Positions 58,452-64,000 of a stretch of DNA of 64,000 nucleotides are shown here, piece by piece. The number at the start of each line of letters is the position of its first letter. Positions within the stretch are counted from its first letter, which is position 1. Source of the stretch: a virus. Its lineage: Duplodnaviria > Caudoviricetes. The stretch spans positions 585 through 64,584 of IMG/VR virus record IMGVR_UViG_3300036045_000316; one strand, written 5' to 3'. The position numbers were made by a program, and so were the translations under genes. The notes under the pieces were generated by a model. That model was not told the DNA's origin and searched no databases. It saw only the letters and a list, made by a program, of their open reading frames with translations.

Positions 58452-59942
58452 ATGCTGTCGATGGCGATTCTCGATTGCAATTCGACGCTCAAAGACGACG
58501 ACCATTTCGTTGAGATTACCTCCGTTGTCGGACAGTGGTTGCGCTATGAAGTGGAAAAGGCAGGACTCATCGCTGTTTCCCCTGCTGACTGCGACGTACT
58601 TTTTCTAGTGCATTCGGGCGAACTGGATTTCCGTTGGAATGTGCGAGAAGGATTAAAGCGACTCGGCATCGAATGGGACGCCGAAAAGCGGAAGCGTCCC
58701 TATATCATCACTGGGGGGGCAGTAGATACCGCGCCGTTCATGGCGCTGACGATTGCTGACGGTCTGGCAGTGGGTGAGGCGTACACCTTCGTGCGGGAAG
58801 TGCTGCGTATTGTGAAAACAGGCGGGGACGTGCAGGACATTCGCGCATACATCACGGCGTATCCGCACGCGCTGGAGCGTCAGCAATTGGCGGACTTCGA
58901 GGCAGATCGAGATGCGCCTTGGCTGCTGACGAGCGCCCCTCCCGCGCTGGCATCCCCTGATCCCTACGTGGATTGGGGGGATATGCCCGCGTTCGTCAGC
59001 GATGACAACGTAGCACGCCTGATGGCATCGAAGGGGTGTCATCTGAAATGCACCTTCTGCGCCACCACCTACCGTCAAACGTATCGGGTGAATGATCGCC
59101 CGGACATTCTAGTGCAGCAGATGCGCGAATTAAAAGCGAACAAGCAGGGCGTGTCGTTCATCACCAACGACGCGGGGGAACTTCCCTTCCTTGAGGATGT
59201 CGTCAATGAGGGGATGCTGCAATTCCAGTCGATGACGGTAAAGAGTATGCGCGATCCCCACACCCGCGAGATCATCACCCGCCGCCCGCTGAAGATTGTT
59301 CGCTTTGGCGTGGAGGGCATTTCAGAGCGCATCCGGGTCGCCTTCGGCAAGTCCATCAGCAACGCGGAATTACTGGACCTGCTGCACGATCTCCGCCATA
59401 TCTACAACGCCGAACAGGATAAGACGCGGGCGCAGATGGTACGGCTGTTCTTCATCGTCGGCGCACCTTACGAGGACGAGTCCGACTGGGACAATTTGCG
59501 CGAATTCATACTCGGCAAAAACGGACTGGCGAAACAGGTAGAACAAGGCGTGGTGCAACTGAAATTCACCGCCTTCAATCCGCAGCCGCCCACGCCGCTG
59601 ATGTATTTCGTCCCTAGCCGCGCTTACTGGCTGCGTTACCAGCAGTTAGAGAACAGCATGGTTATCAGCCGCGCTGAACGCGAACAGCACACCGGACGTT
59701 TTTCCAATCACGTCTGGGTCATGTCGCCGCGCTCACCCAAGAACCATGCCCGCGACTTCGCTGACAACCACCAGCTTACGCCCAGTCAGGCAAACGCCCT
59801 GTTTAACACTTACAAAACCCGCGATCTAGCGCCGACAGTGGATCATGCGCGTCGCTTTGGCTGCGAAGTGATCCGCTGGCCAATTCCCTTGGAGATTCGC
59901 TATCGGGCTTCGCGGGTGTACCAGAAGCGGATGACGACGTGA
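58452..59942 (+). CDS. Radical SAM enzyme (B12-binding-like N-domain type)
   Basis: KGCHLKCTFC CxxxCxxC; ITGG, VGEA, FGVEG.SERIR, FIVGAP.E, F.PQP.TPL. Confidence 0.88.
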   Translation: MLSMAILDCNSTLKDDDHFVEITSVVGQWLRYEVEKAGLIAVSPADCDVLFLVHSGELDFRWNVREGLKRLGIEWDAEKRKRPYIITGGAVDTAPFMALTIADGLAVGEAYTFVREVLRIVKTGGDVQDIRAYITAYPHALERQQLADFEADRDAPWLLTSAPPALASPDPYVDWGDMPAFVSDDNVARLMASKGCHLKCTFCATTYRQTYRVNDRPDILVQQMRELKANKQGVSFITNDAGELPFLEDVVNEGMLQFQSMTVKSMRDPHTREIITRRPLKIVRFGVEGISERIRVAFGKSISNAELLDLLHDLRHIYNAEQDKTRAQMVRLFFIVGAPYEDESDWDNLREFILGKNGLAKQVEQGVVQLKFTAFNPQPPTPLMYFVPSRAYWLRYQQLENSMVISRAEREQHTGRFSNHVWVMSPRSPKNHARDFADNHQLTPSQANALFNTYKTRDLAPTVDHARRFGCEVIRWPIPLEIRYRASRVYQKRMTT

Positions 59943-60017
59943 ACGTGAAGATGAAAATTGCATGATGAAACACCTAATTGCTCCCGCGTGGGCAGTGGCA
60001 CAAGGAAGGAGTCAACG

Positions 60018-60839
60018 ATGAAGGTCATGGCAACACATATCGGTAAGGGCGGCGACGGCAAGACCACGCTGACGAAGCATCTGGCGCAGGGATTGGCGGA
60101 AGCGGGCAAGCGCGTGCTGCTCATCGACGCCGATGTGCAGGCACATGCGACGTGGTCGTTCGGACACAACGCCGAGGACTGTCTGTACCGCTTAATGGTC
60201 AAGGGCGATTCGTGGCGGGATGTGATCCGCACCCCTGATCCGACCAAGTACCCGGAATTGTATCAGGACAGAAGAGGCTCTCTGCAAGCGATGTTGTATC
60301 TGGTGCCGGGCAACAGGGAGACCGCGGTGATCACCCTGCTTTTGCACGATGACAAGCTGCTCCGGCGGCGCTTGGCGGAATTGGAGGGCATCTTCGACTA
60401 CGTACTGTTCGACACCAGTCCCGAAGCGGGGCTATTCGTCGGCTCGATCTTGATGGCGGCGACGCACGTCCTCGTGCCCTGCCAGCCGACGCCGCTGTCG
60501 GTGCAAAGCCTGATCCGCACGATGACGGCGCTGCAAGAAGCGCCACACTTAACGGTGCTGGGCATCCAGCCGACGCTGTTCGATGGGCGAACCGTTGAGC
60601 ACGCCTCGCGGTTGGAGGATATGCAGCAGCGCTATGGCGATTTGGTGTGGACGCCGATCACCGAACGAAAGGCGTGGGCGACGGCGAGTGGGCAGCGGGC
60701 GGTGGTGTGGAAGGCACGTCCGACATCCCCAGCGGCGCGAGAGGCGCGGGCGTTCGTGCAGCGGGCGCTGGCGGCGTTTGGCGAGACGAGCAGCGTTGAA
60801 GCGGAAGCAGAAGGAGTGCGCGATGCCGCCGAAGTCTAG
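60018..60839 (+). CDS. parA: ParA/Soj ATPase
   Basis: KGGDGKTT deviant Walker A, LIDAD.Q, FDTSP, PTLFD.RT. Confidence 0.92.
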   Translation: MKVMATHIGKGGDGKTTLTKHLAQGLAEAGKRVLLIDADVQAHATWSFGHNAEDCLYRLMVKGDSWRDVIRTPDPTKYPELYQDRRGSLQAMLYLVPGNRETAVITLLLHDDKLLRRRLAELEGIFDYVLFDTSPEAGLFVGSILMAATHVLVPCQPTPLSVQSLIRTMTALQEAPHLTVLGIQPTLFDGRTVEHASRLEDMQQRYGDLVWTPITERKAWATASGQRAVVWKARPTSPAAREARAFVQRALAAFGETSSVEAEAEGVRDAAEV

Positions 60840-61542
60840 GACGAGTGTGGATTACGAGGAAAGCGGGGCGTCAGCGGGGTGGCAGGATGCTGCCCATGTG
60901 TGGGGCTTGGATCTGCCCACGTTGGCGCAGGCGGGCAAGCATATCCAGCGCACGGATGCGGGCTTGCGGATCGACGGCTTCACGCTGACCGAGAACGGCT
61001 TGCTGGCGGATGACGATGTGACGCAGGCGCAGTGGTCGGCGCTGGGGGAACTGTTTCGGCAGTTCTCCAAGACGATGCGCTGGTGGATCGGCGACTGGAT
61101 GAATGCAGCGGATGAGCAGTGGGGCGATAAGTACACGGCGGCGATGGCGCTGACGGGGCTGAAGTACGGATCGCTGCGTAATCTCGCTTACGTGTGCGGC
61201 TCGGTAGATTTGTCATGGCGACATGACAAATTGACGATTCAACACGGACTGCTGATCGCCCCGCTGGATGACGAGGCGAAAGAATACTTCGCGCAGCAGA
61301 TCGCCGAACAGGGTTGGTCGGTGCGGCGCTTGATGGCGGAGATCGCCGCGTCGAAGGGGGAGCAGGTGGATGCCCCCCCTTCGACGGCTGTTGCTGCCAA
61401 GCGCGTGCTGACGGCGATGAAGCAGATTGCCAGCGCCCTGAACGCCCAGCAGCGCATCGATCCGGCGCACATCGCGGCGGTGCGAGATTGGCTGTCACAG
61501 GTGGAAGCCAGTGGGTTAGTTACCGAGAGTGAGGGGCATTGA
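60823..61542 (+). CDS. LmbU-like/ParB-HTH DNA-binding protein
   Basis: WWIGDW...Y..A...TGL.Y.SL.N..YV; GWSVRRL helix; no ParB CTPase domain recognised. Confidence 0.7.
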   Translation: MPPKSRTSVDYEESGASAGWQDAAHVWGLDLPTLAQAGKHIQRTDAGLRIDGFTLTENGLLADDDVTQAQWSALGELFRQFSKTMRWWIGDWMNAADEQWGDKYTAAMALTGLKYGSLRNLAYVCGSVDLSWRHDKLTIQHGLLIAPLDDEAKEYFAQQIAEQGWSVRRLMAEIAASKGEQVDAPPSTAVAAKRVLTAMKQIASALNAQQRIDPAHIAAVRDWLSQVEASGLVTESEGH

Positions 61543-61937
61543 TGCACCAGATTTACACCACTGGCTACTTGGGGTGGACGCAAGATCAATTGTTCGCAGC
61601 GGTGCAGGGGATGAACGCGCTGCTGGTGGACATCCGCTACTCGCCGCAAAGTCGTTATCCCGCGTGGAGAGTGGCGGCACTTCAACAAGCGCTCAGTGGC
61701 GATTACGTACACCTGAAGGCGCTGGGGAACGCGGCGTACAAAACTGGCGGGATGGTGATCGCCGACTACCCGGCGGGGTTGAAGTTCATCGCCGAAACGG
61801 TGATCGAGCGTCCGCTGGTGCTGCTGTGCGCGTGTCCTCATCCGGATCGCTGTCACCGCACGGTGGTGGGGGAGATGCTGCGGAACGATGGGTTTGCGGT
61901 GGCGGAGTTGGAGAGGGGCGGCACTGGATATGAATGA
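61542..61937 (+). CDS. DUF488-family protein
   Basis: IYTTGY, LVDIR.SP.SR, Y.HL.ALGN, LLC.C......CHR. Confidence 0.85.
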   Translation: MHQIYTTGYLGWTQDQLFAAVQGMNALLVDIRYSPQSRYPAWRVAALQQALSGDYVHLKALGNAAYKTGGMVIADYPAGLKFIAETVIERPLVLLCACPHPDRCHRTVVGEMLRNDGFAVAELERGGTGYE

Positions 61938-61980
61938 GCAGATTGGTCGTCCGAGCAGGCGGTGGGAGGAAGGATAACGC

Positions 61981-62778
61981 ATGAACAAACAGAATCCGGG
62001 CATCGAGTGGACGCATCGGTACGGACCGCACACGGGCTACACGTGGAATCCGCTGCAAGGCTGCGATCATGACTGCCAGTGGCGGATGCCCGACGGCACG
62101 ATAGCAGGTTGCTACGCGAAGGCGATTGCGGAAAAGTTCAAGAGCGCGTCGTTCTTCCCCCAAGGCTTCGAGCAGCACTACTGGCATCCGAGCAAGCTCG
62201 ACGAGCCGTTGAAGTTGACCACGCCAGCGGGCATCTTCTTGGATTCCATGTCCGACCTGATGAGCCGGCGCGTCCCTGAAGGACAGATCGAGCAGGTGCT
62301 GGAGGTGTGCCGTCGGGCGCACTGGCACACCTTCTTCCTGCTGACCAAGAACGCGCCGCGCCTACGGCAGTTTCAGTTTCCGCCGAATGTGTGGGTGGGA
62401 GCGAGTGCGCCGCCGACGTTTATGTATGGCAAGGAACTCGACCTCGACCAGCAGCGGCGGATGCTCGGCAAGACGCTGGACATCCTCGCCACGACTGATG
62501 TGCCGGTGCGTTGGTTGAGCATCGAGCCGCTGTCGTTCGACGTGTCTAGCGTGCTGACTTACGCCCACATCGAGTACGGACAGGCGATCCAGTGGGCGGT
62601 GATCGGCGCGGCGACGAACGGCGCGAAGGTGTATCAGCCGCATCCTCATCTCGTGCGGCGGGCGATTGAGCAACTGCGGGAGATGGGCGCGGCAATTTTC
62701 TTCAAAGGCAACCTACGCGGCAACGCGGCGGCGGCTGTGTGGCTGGAGGAGTTTCCGGCAGTGGAGGAGACTAGATGA
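61981..62778 (+). CDS. DUF5131 (phage Gp37/Gp68, radical-SAM-like) protein
   Basis: IEWT..TWNP..GC.H.C...CYA, SMSDL, LLTK, NVWVG, SIEPL, W.VIG, FFK. Confidence 0.9.
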   Translation: MNKQNPGIEWTHRYGPHTGYTWNPLQGCDHDCQWRMPDGTIAGCYAKAIAEKFKSASFFPQGFEQHYWHPSKLDEPLKLTTPAGIFLDSMSDLMSRRVPEGQIEQVLEVCRRAHWHTFFLLTKNAPRLRQFQFPPNVWVGASAPPTFMYGKELDLDQQRRMLGKTLDILATTDVPVRWLSIEPLSFDVSSVLTYAHIEYGQAIQWAVIGAATNGAKVYQPHPHLVRRAIEQLREMGAAIFFKGNLRGNAAAAVWLEEFPAVEETR

Positions 62779-63080
62779 TCGTCCTTTGGGAGCGAGAATG
62801 GAAAGAAGGAGTCGAATGCTACATCGCCAAGACGCCCCGATCTGGCTATGTTGGCGTGGTGGAACGCAATACATTGGACATTCCCGACCCTGAAAAGTCG
62901 TGGCTGTGGACAGCAGCGATTGAAAGGATGGGATCGCAACTCGGCACTGCCCCATCAATAGAGGAGGCGCAGCGAATGGTATTTGCTTGGTGGCAAGGGA
63001 ATACGCCAGCCCAAGTCGGCATCCCCCGATGGCAGCAACTTCCGCCGCCAACCACGTCTGATGACACCGTGATTGAGTGA
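62775..63080 (+). CDS. Hypothetical protein
   Basis: ATGA overlap; GGAGG RBS. Confidence 0.65.
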   Translation: MIVLWEREWKEGVECYIAKTPRSGYVGVVERNTLDIPDPEKSWLWTAAIERMGSQLGTAPSIEEAQRMVFAWWQGNTPAQVGIPRWQQLPPPTTSDDTVIE

Positions 63081-63098
63081 CAACAGATAGAGGTTTTA

Positions 63099-63407
63099 AT
63101 GCGTGAATACACGCAGACCAGATTAGGAAAGCATCTTTCGTTGTGGGAACGCAAGGAGAATAGGCATATGGGGCGCGAAATATTCTATCAAGTGGATAGT
63201 GTTAGTATGGCTGTTGAAGCCGCAAAGCATTGCGATGAAAATAACGCGGTAGCCAGCACTTACGAACTGACTCAGATGATCCGAGAGATCGACAGTTTGG
63301 ACGATCCTGCGCTGAGAGCGAAACACATGGCGAAGGTAGCAGGCTTGGCTATCTACATGACGGCGCTCAGTTTGGCGGGTAATGATGTAAGGACGCACAG
63401 GGTATGA
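63099..63407 (+). CDS. Hypothetical protein
   Basis: ORF; alternative start at 63168 with an AAGGAG RBS. Confidence 0.55.
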   Translation: MREYTQTRLGKHLSLWERKENRHMGREIFYQVDSVSMAVEAAKHCDENNAVASTYELTQMIREIDSLDDPALRAKHMAKVAGLAIYMTALSLAGNDVRTHRV

Positions 63408-63450
63408 CACAGCGGTTGGAGGAGTTTCCGGCAGTGGAGGCGGCATAGTC

Positions 63451-63993
63451 ATGCGCGAATACACAGAGACGGAATTGCGGGACGTGGAACGGACGGTCAT
63501 CGCCGCCTGCAAGGAACGCTTCGGCGATTTCGGCGTCGGCGCGAACAGTCTGGATGATGATGATCGCAAGGTGATCGTGTCCGGCTACTTCCCAGACAAG
63601 GAAGGGATGTTCGCGCTGCACCTCGTTGAGGGCATGGGCGGATTTGAGGCGCTGCTGCGGGCGCGGGCGGATGCCGAGGTGTTCGTGGCGCACGTCAAGC
63701 GGTGGGCGATGCAGAACGAAATGAAGAATGAAATGCTCGTCGATGACATTGCCAATGTGATCTACCAGACGCACTGGCATCTGGGCATCGCCGTGACGGG
63801 CGCGTATGACGAGGCGGTGCTGGCGGGGTGGCGCGACTTCGGCTTTGACCTGCCGCCGCTGATCATCGATGATGAGGGTGGAGTGCAGTGGTTGGACGAT
63901 GAGGAAAGCGGCTGTTGTACCGTCCGCGAAAAAGTGAATAGTGGTAACATGAGAGGAGATACCCCTCTCTCTAGTACGGATAGGGTACGATGA
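63451..63993 (+). CDS. Hypothetical protein, C-terminus chimeric with IS1595-derived DNA
   Basis: From 63902 the ORF reads through the repeat shared with 63-161. Confidence 0.6.
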   Translation: MREYTETELRDVERTVIAACKERFGDFGVGANSLDDDDRKVIVSGYFPDKEGMFALHLVEGMGGFEALLRARADAEVFVAHVKRWAMQNEMKNEMLVDDIANVIYQTHWHLGIAVTGAYDEAVLAGWRDFGFDLPPLIIDDEGGVQWLDDEESGCCTVREKVNSGNMRGDTPLSSTDRVR

Positions 63994-64000
63994 GTAAAAA
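63902..64000. repeat. Direct repeat copy 2 (identical to 63-161)
   Basis: Exact match running to the window end. Confidence 0.95.

Larger units (their letters stand above)
62744..63440 (+). repeat. 24-bp direct repeat pair (62744-62767 and 63417-63440)
   Basis: TGGAGGAGTTTCCGGCAGTGGAGG occurs twice. Confidence 0.9.

Noticed and set aside
62744-63440. 24-bp repeat pair as CRISPR repeats
   Set aside because: About 650 bp apart with ORFs between them; they correspond to a gene end plus RBS
63-64000. Terminal repeat as prophage attL/attR
   Set aside because: The integrase and an intact tRNA-derived attP are internal, and the repeat is IS-derived sequence

Overview
This window looks like an essentially complete temperate siphovirus genome of about 63.8 kb in its excised (attP-intact) form. 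Positions 63-161 are repeated exactly at 63902-64000. The host is probably a Chloroflexota bacterium, but that is inferred from protein styles only. Almost all genes lie on the + strand. In order: (1) an accessory region with the right half of an IS1595-like element and its BRO-type passengers, a complete tnpB-only IS200/IS605 element interrupting a phage gene, and a second IS1595-like remnant; (2) terS/terL/portal; (3) a 2H-phosphoesterase (Acb1-like) + prohead protease + major capsid fusion; (4) tail genes with a -1 frameshift chaperone, tape measure and an antisense HNH gene with a structured leader; (5) a lysis/glycan cassette (GT-C glycosyltransferase, holin-like protein, GH5, M23-SH3-GH endolysin); (6) repressor/cro switch and early genes; (7) tyrosine integrase, tRNA-Gly(GCC) attP and an HTH-PrimPol replication gene with iterons. 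The most notable locus follows directly: an array-less type IV-B-like Cas effector operon (csf1, cas11-like, csf2, csf3). It is translationally coupled to a radical SAM enzyme rather than the usual CysH-like protein, and is followed by parA, an LmbU/ParB-HTH-like gene, DUF488 and DUF5131. I found no CRISPR array, cas6, cas1/2 or cysH by eye. All family calls come from recognised motifs; no searches were run.
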